Under the pieces are notes generated by a model. That model was not told the DNA's origin. It saw only the letters and a list, made by a program, of their open reading frames with translations, and searched no databases. A stretch of 64,000 nt of DNA from assembly GCA_036004405.1 (NCBI GenBank), contig DASYRM010000065.1:5674-69673 (forward strand), read 5' to 3'. The position numbers and the translations under genes were made by a program. The DNA comes from Vicinamibacterales bacterium. Lineage in GTDB: Bacteria > Acidobacteriota > Vicinamibacteria > Vicinamibacterales > UBA2999. Below, piece by piece: positions 1 through 8,356 of this stretch (within the stretch, counting starts at the first letter, position 1; the number at the start of each line of letters is the position of its first letter).

Positions 1-304
1 CGAAGAACGACTTCACCCCTGTGGTCTGGTTGAGCTTGTAGGCCCGCCACTGATCAGCGTCGTAGCTGAAAAGCGTGACCACCCCCGCGGCAGTGGACTT
101 CTTCATCATGTTCTCGGGGGTGTACTCGAGCGCGACGCCGGGACCGGAGATCAGATTGCCGTTGGCGTCGTAGCCCATGTCGCCCGGAATGCCCGACGCA
201 GTCTTGAGATGAAACGGCTTCCCCGACCAATACGTGTAGGCTCCGGTGGCGGTCGTCTGACGGTTGCCGTGCGCGTCGTAGAGGAACGTCATCGAGTAGG
301 CCAT
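1..304 (-). CDS. RHS/YD-repeat protein fragment, partial (continues past window start); possibly an orphan or frameshifted copy
   Basis: Hand translation of the minus strand from ATG 304..302 gives MAYSMTFLYDAHGNRQTTATGAYTYWSGKPFHLKTASGIPGDMGYDANGNLISGPGVALEYTPENMMKKSTAAGVVTLFSYDADQWRAYKLNQTTGVKSFF with no stop before position 1. It is absent from the track because there is no in-window stop. The YDxxGN and YDxxxxRxxK spacing is the YD-repeat signature. Track ORF 54..356, in another frame, begins MGNETFTDDALDRLASANG, which is also YD-like. This implies a frame change near 298-310. Confidence 0.6.
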   Translation of the reverse strand, partial: MAYSMTFLYDAHGNRQTTATGAYTYWSGKPFHLKTASGIPGDMGYDANGNLISGPGVALEYTPENMMKKSTAAGVVTLFSYDADQWRAYKLNQTTGVKSFF

Positions 305-456
305 TCGCACTTGCAAGCCGATCGAGCGCGTCGTCCGTGAACGTCTCGTTTCCCATGTGCGGGTAGATGATGTTGGCACGATCCAGACGTTGCCGTAGCT
401 ATATGGAGTCATCGAACGGCGCCAAATCATAAGGAGTTGATACAAACCACCATCTG

Positions 457-1083
457 CTATCTGGAGATGGTGAGAGGGAGTCCGTTGCTGGTCGTGAACG
501 CACCGAGTTCATCTGATGATCGCTTGACGTTGACACGCACGAACACTTTCACCGCCATCTCCCCGCCTGGAGCAATCAGCCGACCTGCGCGGCCCTCGAG
601 CTGACAAAGCGTGGCTGCTCGAATGGTGACGCTCGCCCCAGGCGCTAAACGACGGAACGAGCCAGGCTCCCGTCGATCTCCGTAGAGTAACTCCCACGAT
701 CCAAGACGGCCTTCCAGGTTCTGGCCCACCGCGAGTGACAAACCCACGAATGGAAAGACTGTGGGCGATTCGTCCGCCTGTGGTGAGTCAGTCGGAAAGG
801 CGCTCCAAGGGAGAGCGATGGCCCGCTTTCCATCATTTCGTAACTCGACGTCGTACGTGACGAGGTCATCCCACGAGCATGAAGCTGGTTCCAGGCGAAC
901 CAATCGGACTGTTATTGGGCTCTCGTAGACAACTGGTCGTGACGTTTGCGTCGAGCGGGTTCCTGCATCCGCCGACGAAGGTCGAGGAATGAATCGCGTG
1001 TCCAGATCCGGCGCACCAGCCTGAGCGTAGGCGCCAATGGTAACGAGGGTCACGATTGACGCAGCAATCAAGTACCTAACCAT
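457..1083 (-). CDS. secreted hypothetical protein, 208 aa, no family recognised
   Basis: Derived from track ORF 457..1131. The preferred start is the internal ATG at 1083, preceded by AAGGAG (reverse complement of 1090-1095) with a 6-nt spacer. The N-terminus MVRYLIAASIVTLVTIGAYAQA looks like a signal peptide. The gene lies 19 nt downstream of the giant gene stop on the same strand. Confidence 0.6.
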   Translation of the reverse strand: MVRYLIAASIVTLVTIGAYAQAGAPDLDTRFIPRPSSADAGTRSTQTSRPVVYESPITVRLVRLEPASCSWDDLVTYDVELRNDGKRAIALPWSAFPTDSPQADESPTVFPFVGLSLAVGQNLEGRLGSWELLYGDRREPGSFRRLAPGASVTIRAATLCQLEGRAGRLIAPGGEMAVKVFVRVNVKRSSDELGAFTTSNGLPLTISR

Positions 1084-1102
1084 GGACAGCTCCTTCGTGT
1101 CC

Positions 1103-4100
1103 TTAGTGCTGACAGGCGGGGTACTGGGCAAAGTTTACGTATCCCTGGAACACTCCAGCCTCGTTCTGAACCCCGCCATAAGGTCGAATCCCGAGTAGCC
1201 CAGGGTCTGTTGGGCTCTGGTAATGCGCCTTTCTGGACTGAATGGTCGACAGCATTGTTTGGAAGTCTGCCGTAATGTCGGTCGTGAACGTGGGGAGTGA
1301 AGTATTCGGCCCCGTGACCTTCGCCTCCATCGCAGCGCCTGGATCTATCTCGGTGGCGGCGGCCTTGTAGAGCGCGTAGTGGCTCTCGACGTCCCCTGCT
1401 TCGTGCCGCCGAATATTGGTGCGTAGATTTGCCCCGCTAATCCATCCATTTTGGTTGGTGACTGGGTTATAGCTGCCGTCCTGTTGTCTCGAAAACGCGC
1501 AATCTAGGTCGTCGACGTCAGGATGGATCGTCCACCGATAAATCCATCGAAATGGGTTCTGCGGATTCGGTTGCACGACCCAATTGACCGCATGGTTTGG
1601 ACCGTTGTCATTGATCCTTCCAGTGTTGAAGCCGCCGGGATTCTCCAAGCACATCTTGCCCAGGGTTCCCTCCCCGCTTACAGCGGGAACCGGCATGCTC
1701 GGACTTTCTGTGCATCCCCACGTCGTGTTGATCCCGACGGGATCCCCAGCAGAGGGAATCGGAGGCGTAAAGTTTCGCGCGCTCACCGAGACTTGTGCCG
1801 AAGTCGTGCGAGTCTGGCCACTGCGACGCCACGTTACTGTGACGGCACCCGAGTCCACAAGCACGCCTTTCCACGTGGCGGAACTCGGGCTGCTTTGTCG
1901 TGTAATCTTGCCGATGTTGTCGCCTTGGAACTCCCAGCTCACCACGGTGCCCTGTCCTAGCCCGACGAGCCCGATCGAGACGTACTGACCGCGAACGGGA
2001 TTGACAGGTTGCACCATCAGAGCCGGGTTCTCCGCCGTCGGTGCCTGAGGCGGCGCAAACGGATTGAAACAAAAGTTCGTACTCACACACCGATTGCTAT
2101 CGATGCAGGGTGTCGGAAGGATTCGGCAACCAGGAAATAGCGAGAATCCAAGTGGCTGAGCCTGTGTACTCACCGGGCTGCTGTCGGGCGGCGTCAACGT
2201 ACCTCGATTGACATGGAAGCCAATCGGCAGGCTCCCCGTTCCCGTGCTCGTGTCGTACGTCACGAGCCCGTCCTGAGGCGTTATCGACCAGCTGCACCAT
2301 TCTGGAACGAGTAGATTCAAAACTCCATCGTCCGCTGAGGTCGTAGACACTGTGACAGAGAACGGACACTCGCTACTGGCCCCGTCCTGTCCTGCTTGCG
2401 ACACTATGAGAATAGCTCCTTGAACGCGGATCGTGCCGATCCGCGAGTCTGAGTCAGGATTCGGATCGACAGTAAAACTAAGCGTCCCTGACCCACTTCC
2501 ACTCGTCGCCCCGGTCAGGTGGATAAAGCTACTCTCGCTGATCGCAGACCATGCACAGCCGGCGGGAGCGGTGACGTTCGCAACACTGCCATCACCTGAT
2601 ACGGCGGCCAGAAAGCTCGTGGTCGCGGAGGTAGTCAGAACGGTGTAGTTGCATTCCCCACCGCCATCGTTTACGGCCCGCTGCGTTACGACGACTGTAT
2701 AACCCGCGACGGTCAACGACCCACTGCGTCGCACGGCGGCCGTATTGTTCTGGACAACAAACACCATAGTGGCCGAACCGGTGCCGCTACCCACTAGTGC
2801 CTGGACAAAGTTGCTAGCGCTCGAGGCCGCCCAAGGGCAGCCCTCCGGCGCCGTAACCCTGACACCGTAGACTCCATTTCCAGCTCCAACGACAAGAGAG
2901 GTCGAGCTGACGCTGAACGAGCATGATGCAGGTGGAGGCGCTGGGCTGGATGGCGCGACTCCGCTTTGTTCCACGGGCATCTCCGCATTTCCAACGAAGA
3001 TATTGCCGTGGCGAATCTCCTGCCCCGCGTTCTTGTCGACCGTGACGGTAAAGCTCCCTGGTCCTACGCGCAGCGATCCGCCGCTGATTTCGAGCCAGTC
3101 CCGATTCGACCCTACGGTCCACGAGCACCAGGGGTAACCCGGCGTTACCGTCACCGTCGCAGACCCGCCATCTGTTTGGAAGGCAACCGCCCCTGTCGAT
3201 ATGACGTAGTAGCAGGCCTGGCCCCCGGCGCCACTCTGCTGAATCATCACCAACTTGCCCGCGACGCTCGCGTAGGCGATCATCGCCTCGTTGGTCTGGT
3301 TGTAATTGACGTTGAATTGCACCGTCCCTGGACCCGTCACAGGACCGCCGCTGGTCATGGTGGCGTTTCCGGCGATCATCCTTGCGGTCCACGTGCAGCC
3401 CGTCGGTATCGTGACGTCGACCGTCGGATTGCCGTTGGCGCTTGTCATCTCAATGTACCATCGCGACAGCACGGCTTCACACACGGTGTTTGTCGACAAC
3501 GCCGGCGTGAACGTCTCGGTCGTGATCTTGAAGTTGTCGAATGTGGCCGACGGGTCTTGGTTGGCATTCCAGAACAGCCCGTGCCTGGTGAACGCTGAAT
3601 TGTCGTTGACGTCCACTTGGAACAGCGCGCGCCCATCCCAATACGCGCCGATCCCAGTGCCGTTCATCCGCGCTTCGAGGCGGTGGCTCGAGCTATCCAG
3701 CGGCACGACGCCAGCGCTGGTCATGACCGTGAATGTCCCATTCGCGCGCCGGAGCAATTCGACACGCGCACTGGCGAAGTCTCCCGCGTAGCGCAGTACG
3801 AGATAGTTGCTGGCGTCGGCAACGCGAAGTGCGAGGCCGCCGCGCGGGTTGGTATCGCTGGAGCGCAAGTCGACCGCCACGATGCCGTTTGCGGTGCCGC
3901 CATCGATCGTCGCCATCACGTAGGTGCCGCCGCCGGTCGCGGCAGCGACGCCGGCATCGACCGTCGGCGCTCCGCCCTCCCAGAGCACCCACGACGCCCC
4001 GGCGGGGCGCACGTCCGGTACGTGACCGGTCAGCGGTCCAATCGAGCCGTTCGAGGTGAAGCTGTCGAACACGCGGGCCAGGGGCGGCGGGGCCGGAGCG

Positions 4101-6769
4101 GGCGAGATGATGGTCCAGCGGAGCGACCGTGTCGCGGCGAAGACGCCGTCGAACACGCTGAGCGTCGCGTTGTACACCCCGACAGGGGCCGAGAGCGTGC
4201 CGGTGATCGCGCCACTGGAGGTGTTGAGTGATAGCCCGGCCGGCAGCCCGGACGCAGCGAAGGTCAGGGTGGCATTCTGAGGATTCGTCGCGGTGATCGG
4301 GACCGCCGCAATCGTGGTGCCCGTCACGTTCGTCTGGCTCAGCGGACCGGTTATCGTCGGGAACTCGCCCGGCACCCGCACTTCGAAGTTGTCGAAGGTG
4401 ACGGCCGGATCTTCGGAGTTGAACACGACGCCTTGCTTGGTGGCGGTCTGCTGGAACGTCGATGTCGTGGTCAGCGTGATGACGCCGTCCACGTAGGCGG
4501 CAATCTGTGTCCCGATCGCGCGCAGTTCGAGGTGGTACTTCTGACCGGTCACGAAGCCGATCGACGTCCGGGTCAGAATGGTGCGGGTGCCATTCTGCAC
4601 ACGGCCGAGAAGCAGATCCCAGCCATCAACGGACGCCTCCAGGTAGTTACCTCCGGGCGCTGCCCGCGCGATCAGGCCTCCGATGCGCAGGTCTCCGCCA
4701 ATGAAGTCTGCGCTGATCACGACGTCCGAGCGGCCGCTTTCGATGGCCCACGGTTGGTGACCGGTACCGGGCGTCGCCAACTCTGTCCGGTTGCCCTGGA
4801 TGCGAGCCGACGAGCTGCCGGTCCCGAAATACGCCCACGCCGCGCCCGAGGGCTTCAGCTCCACGGCATGGCTCTGAAGCATCGTGCCGTTGGCCGCCGT
4901 GAACGTGTCCCAGACGACGGCCCACGACAGCGCCGGCGTGACCGTCCACGTAAAGTCTTTGATCGTCGTCGAAATCCCGTCGAACACGCTGACCGACACG
5001 GGATAGGTGCCGAGCGCCCCTGCGGCAATCGTTCCGCTGATCAGGCCGGTACTCGAATTCAGGCTCAGGCCCGGAGGCAGCCCGGTCGCCGAATACGTCA
5101 AGGGCTGCCCCTCGACGTCGCTGGCCTGGACCTGCAGCGAAATCACGGAACCCACCGGGTGGGCCTGGTTGGAGATCGTCATAACCGTGGGCGCGTTGTT
5201 CGTCAGCGCCACAACCCAGTTGAACTGGCGCAGCGTCGACAAGGTCCCGTCCGAGACCGTCACGGTGACATTCCATCCGCCTGTCGCGCCGGTCAGCGTT
5301 CCGGAAATCACGCCTGTCGACGAGTTGACGCTCAAGCCAGGAGGCAAGCCGGTAGCCGAGTAAGTGAGCATTTGCGCCTCGGGATCAGTCGCCGTGACCG
5401 GCACTGACACCGTCGTGCTCACGAGGCTGAACTGATTGCTCGGGCCCGAGACCACGGGGGCTTGGTTTGGCCCAATCACGACGAAGTTGTCGAACTGGCG
5501 GGCGTAGTCGTCCGAATGAAACGCGATTCCGTGCTTCGTTGCGGTCTGCAGGTACGTGCTCGTGGTGGTGAGCTTCAGCAGCCCGTTGAGATAGGCGGTG
5601 ATTTGGCTCCCATTGGTACGTGCCTCGATTCGATAGGTCTGGCCATTGACGATGCCGGCAGACACCCGCGTCAAGACCGTTCGATCTCCGTTCACCCACT
5701 TGTCGATGATCAGGTCGAACCCGTCGACACTGAGGCCAAGGTAGTTGCCGCCAGACGTAGCGCGGAAGACAAGCCCGCCAATTCGACCGGATCCACCCAT
5801 GAAGTCGGCAGCAACGGTGACATCCGACTGTCCCGACTCAATCGCCCACGGCTGGTGGCCGTTCCCGGGGGTCGACAACTCGGCTCGGTTACCTTGCGTG
5901 CGCGCCCCTGAAGTGCCCAGCCCGATGTAGGTCCACGACGCGCCCGCGGGTTTGACCTCCGGGAGGTGCGAACCGATCGACGTCTGATTAATGCCAGTGA
6001 AGGTATCCCATACGACCGCGCCGGCCGGAGTCGGACGACGCGACACCACAAAGTTATCAAACTGGGTCGCGGGCGCGCTGCTATGCCACAGCAACCCGGA
6101 TCCACTCGCGGTGTCGTAGTCGGTAACCGTGGCCGAGAAGCGCACAATCCCGTCTAACACCGCGTCTATCGCGCTGCCAACGTATCGTGCCTCGATTCTG
6201 TGCACCGTATTCGGTGCGACGGGCGGAACGGAGACCGACAGGAGGGGCTGGTAGTTGCCAGCCACGCGGCGAAACAGGCCCAACTGCCCTGATGCCGCCG
6301 ACCCCCAGTAGACGAGCAGCAAGTGCGCATTCGCGTCCACAGCCCGAAACACGACGCCGCCGTACACGTCGGCCGTGGACGATACGAGATCCGCACTGGT
6401 AGATCCGTCAGCGAGACCGGACGCAATCGTTGCGAGCGTGAAGCCGTTCGTCGAATTTGTTGCGACACGGTTGCCCTCTAATGTTTCCGCACCACCCTCA
6501 CGATGCGCCCACGCAGCTCCAGTGGGTCCGACATCCGGAGCATGCGAGGTCAGGACCGCTCCATTCGGACCCGTGAACGTGTCCCACACCACGGCGCCGA
6601 TCGGCGCTTGCGCGTAGGCACCACCGGTGCCACCGAACAGAAGCAGCGCGACCCCACGAATCGCCAGACCGAAGGCCCTTCGGCTCTTGGAACAAAGTCT
6701 CCTGGATGGAGGCACTTCTTCTACCAACCTCGCGACTCCTCTGCTTTGCGAGCGTGACGACCGTACCAA
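1103..6769 (-). CDS. giant secreted multi-domain protein (1,888 aa): 4 LamG/ConA-like + 3 He_PIG Ig-like + 5 BACON-like modules + unknown C-terminal region
   Basis: Single uninterrupted ORF. The signal-like N-terminus is RRAFGLAIRGVALLLFGGTGGAYAQA. Four ~185-aa blocks start (A/W)(V/R)V(W/F)D(T/S)FT and end FDNF(V/E/K). Three blocks contain (Y/F)(S/A)A(T/S)GLP(P/A)GLS.N(S/T)S(T/S)G.I(S/T)GT. Five Cys-framed blocks contain C..(S/T)V...(G/W)C.W(T/A/S). The track start at 6769 is a TTG. Alternative starts are TTG 6727 (AGAGGAG 8 nt upstream) and GTG 6715. Confidence 0.85.
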   Translation of the reverse strand: MVRSSRSQSRGVARLVEEVPPSRRLCSKSRRAFGLAIRGVALLLFGGTGGAYAQAPIGAVVWDTFTGPNGAVLTSHAPDVGPTGAAWAHREGGAETLEGNRVATNSTNGFTLATIASGLADGSTSADLVSSTADVYGGVVFRAVDANAHLLLVYWGSAASGQLGLFRRVAGNYQPLLSVSVPPVAPNTVHRIEARYVGSAIDAVLDGIVRFSATVTDYDTASGSGLLWHSSAPATQFDNFVVSRRPTPAGAVVWDTFTGINQTSIGSHLPEVKPAGASWTYIGLGTSGARTQGNRAELSTPGNGHQPWAIESGQSDVTVAADFMGGSGRIGGLVFRATSGGNYLGLSVDGFDLIIDKWVNGDRTVLTRVSAGIVNGQTYRIEARTNGSQITAYLNGLLKLTTTSTYLQTATKHGIAFHSDDYARQFDNFVVIGPNQAPVVSGPSNQFSLVSTTVSVPVTATDPEAQMLTYSATGLPPGLSVNSSTGVISGTLTGATGGWNVTVTVSDGTLSTLRQFNWVVALTNNAPTVMTISNQAHPVGSVISLQVQASDVEGQPLTYSATGLPPGLSLNSSTGLISGTIAAGALGTYPVSVSVFDGISTTIKDFTWTVTPALSWAVVWDTFTAANGTMLQSHAVELKPSGAAWAYFGTGSSSARIQGNRTELATPGTGHQPWAIESGRSDVVISADFIGGDLRIGGLIARAAPGGNYLEASVDGWDLLLGRVQNGTRTILTRTSIGFVTGQKYHLELRAIGTQIAAYVDGVITLTTTSTFQQTATKQGVVFNSEDPAVTFDNFEVRVPGEFPTITGPLSQTNVTGTTIAAVPITATNPQNATLTFAASGLPAGLSLNTSSGAITGTLSAPVGVYNATLSVFDGVFAATRSLRWTIISPAPAPPPLARVFDSFTSNGSIGPLTGHVPDVRPAGASWVLWEGGAPTVDAGVAAATGGGTYVMATIDGGTANGIVAVDLRSSDTNPRGGLALRVADASNYLVLRYAGDFASARVELLRRANGTFTVMTSAGVVPLDSSSHRLEARMNGTGIGAYWDGRALFQVDVNDNSAFTRHGLFWNANQDPSATFDNFKITTETFTPALSTNTVCEAVLSRWYIEMTSANGNPTVDVTIPTGCTWTARMIAGNATMTSGGPVTGPGTVQFNVNYNQTNEAMIAYASVAGKLVMIQQSGAGGQACYYVISTGAVAFQTDGGSATVTVTPGYPWCSWTVGSNRDWLEISGGSLRVGPGSFTVTVDKNAGQEIRHGNIFVGNAEMPVEQSGVAPSSPAPPPASCSFSVSSTSLVVGAGNGVYGVRVTAPEGCPWAASSASNFVQALVGSGTGSATMVFVVQNNTAAVRRSGSLTVAGYTVVVTQRAVNDGGGECNYTVLTTSATTSFLAAVSGDGSVANVTAPAGCAWSAISESSFIHLTGATSGSGSGTLSFTVDPNPDSDSRIGTIRVQGAILIVSQAGQDGASSECPFSVTVSTTSADDGVLNLLVPEWCSWSITPQDGLVTYDTSTGTGSLPIGFHVNRGTLTPPDSSPVSTQAQPLGFSLFPGCRILPTPCIDSNRCVSTNFCFNPFAPPQAPTAENPALMVQPVNPVRGQYVSIGLVGLGQGTVVSWEFQGDNIGKITRQSSPSSATWKGVLVDSGAVTVTWRRSGQTRTTSAQVSVSARNFTPPIPSAGDPVGINTTWGCTESPSMPVPAVSGEGTLGKMCLENPGGFNTGRINDNGPNHAVNWVVQPNPQNPFRWIYRWTIHPDVDDLDCAFSRQQDGSYNPVTNQNGWISGANLRTNIRRHEAGDVESHYALYKAAATEIDPGAAMEAKVTGPNTSLPTFTTDITADFQTMLSTIQSRKAHYQSPTDPGLLGIRPYGGVQNEAGVFQGYVNFAQYPACQH

Positions 6770-7051
6770 CTCTGCTTAAAACGCCGGCTCGCGGTCAGGC
6801 GTACGCCATCGATACACGCGTCGTGCAATTTCTTGTCTTCTCGACGGTCGATCGCCCGGGGAAAGGCGAGACGAGTTGAGCAGAGCGCGTAGTCGTAAGA
6901 GTCACGTCACCTCGAATTCCTCGAGGGACTGCGGCATTTCTACTACCGGCGTGAAGTCAGCATTCTTCCGCCACTGATTCTCGTGACAGGGCGTCCCCCG
7001 TAGAAGCGGCACGACCATCGCCACGGTCTCGTCAGCGCGTTATCGGACGGA

Positions 7052-8329
7052 GTGTTATCCTCTGCCGCGATGTCGAGGCTCGTCCCCACGCTCCCCGGCC
7101 TGACGGCCGGAGGCCTCGGGCGTTTCAGGGTCTACATCGGGCTGATGCTGCTGTGGCTGCTGGCGCGAGAATCCCCGGTCGCCGTCCCCTTCGAACTTCA
7201 TCGCTCCTACAGTCCGCTCTCGGACAACGTGCCCATTCACTGGCTGGCCGCCAGCGCGGCGGCATGGCGCGGCGTGCAGGTCGCGGGGATGCTGGCGGCC
7301 TTGTGCTTCACCGTCGGCTGGTGGACTCGCACGGCGTACGTCGCGCTGGTCGCCGCTCTCTTGCTCACGCGCCTCGCATGGCTCCATTCGAGTGGGCAGC
7401 ACGACTGGGTCTGCCCGCTGGCGATTCTCGTGAGTCTCCTCATCGTCCCCTGGGGAGATGGGTTCAGCGTCGACCAGTGGCGTCACCCGACCGTGGATCC
7501 TGAGGCTCGGGACCCGCGATATGGCTTCGCGTTGTTCGCACCGGTGTTCGTGATGGGGCTCGCATTTGCCGCCGCCGCCTACGCGAAGCTCACCATCGGA
7601 GGCCTGGCATGGGTGACGACCGGAGCGGTGCGCTATCACTTCGTCGACGATGCGGAAACCGCCGCCACCACCTGGGGCCTGTGGATAGCGGCCCATCCGT
7701 CGGTCGCCGTGCTGGTTTCCGCCGGCGCGGTCGCCCTCGAAGCGACGTGGATCGCGACGGCGTGGTTGAGGAGCGCGCGGCTGCGGCTGCTGGCGGCTGC
7801 CGGCGCTCTGAGTCTGTTCCTGGGGTTCTACGCCTTCCAGGGTGCACTATGGGTTCCGTGGATGATGTGGCTGGCAGCCTGCTTGCCCTGGGACGGCTGG
7901 CGCTCGCTGCCGTCCACGCCGCTGCGTCGCGCGCCTGCGGTCATGGCGGGAGCGGCGATCGCGATTCAGGTGGTCGCGTCGCTGACGGCGATCGAAATCG
8001 AGCCCTTGATGTCGCCTTATCAGATGTATTCCGGTACTTACGCCTCGACTCAGGAGTTCGAGACCCGCCGGCGGCGCAAGCTTCAGAGGGTCGAGATGAA
8101 GACGGAAATCGGCACCATCGACGTGCACGGTGGCGCGGCCGACAGCCTGGCGGATGCCATCGATGGCGGCCCCTTGAACGACGACGCACGTGAAGCGCTC
8201 GACTCGGCCTGTGCGGCTGCGGCGGCAGCAACCGTCGATGTGCGGGTGGCGCGCGCGAAGATCGACTGGTCCGGAACGCACGTCACTCGCACGTGGACGC
8301 GGACGGATCGCTCGTTTGCCTGCCGCTGA
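7052..8329 (+). CDS. polytopic integral membrane protein (possibly HTTM-like), soluble C-terminal tail
   Basis: 425-aa ORF with many hydrophobic segments (GLMLLWLLA, VAGMLAALCFTVGWW, AYVALVAALLL, LAILVSLLIV, LFAPVFVMGLAFAAAAY and others). GTG start at 7052; an alternative ATG lies at 7070. The family assignment is a guess from topology only. Confidence 0.55.
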   Translation: MLSSAAMSRLVPTLPGLTAGGLGRFRVYIGLMLLWLLARESPVAVPFELHRSYSPLSDNVPIHWLAASAAAWRGVQVAGMLAALCFTVGWWTRTAYVALVAALLLTRLAWLHSSGQHDWVCPLAILVSLLIVPWGDGFSVDQWRHPTVDPEARDPRYGFALFAPVFVMGLAFAAAAYAKLTIGGLAWVTTGAVRYHFVDDAETAATTWGLWIAAHPSVAVLVSAGAVALEATWIATAWLRSARLRLLAAAGALSLFLGFYAFQGALWVPWMMWLAACLPWDGWRSLPSTPLRRAPAVMAGAAIAIQVVASLTAIEIEPLMSPYQMYSGTYASTQEFETRRRRKLQRVEMKTEIGTIDVHGGAADSLADAIDGGPLNDDAREALDSACAAAAAATVDVRVARAKIDWSGTHVTRTWTRTDRSFACR

Positions 8330-8356
8330 TCTGCAATACTTGCGCGGGTTTTCCGC

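Noticed and set aside
1400-1440. Possible zinc-metallopeptidase motif in the giant protein C-terminus (RRHEAGDVESH)
   Set aside because: The spacing is HExxxxxxH, not HExxH, and no downstream third ligand pattern was recognised. It is kept only as a landmark, not as evidence for protease activity.
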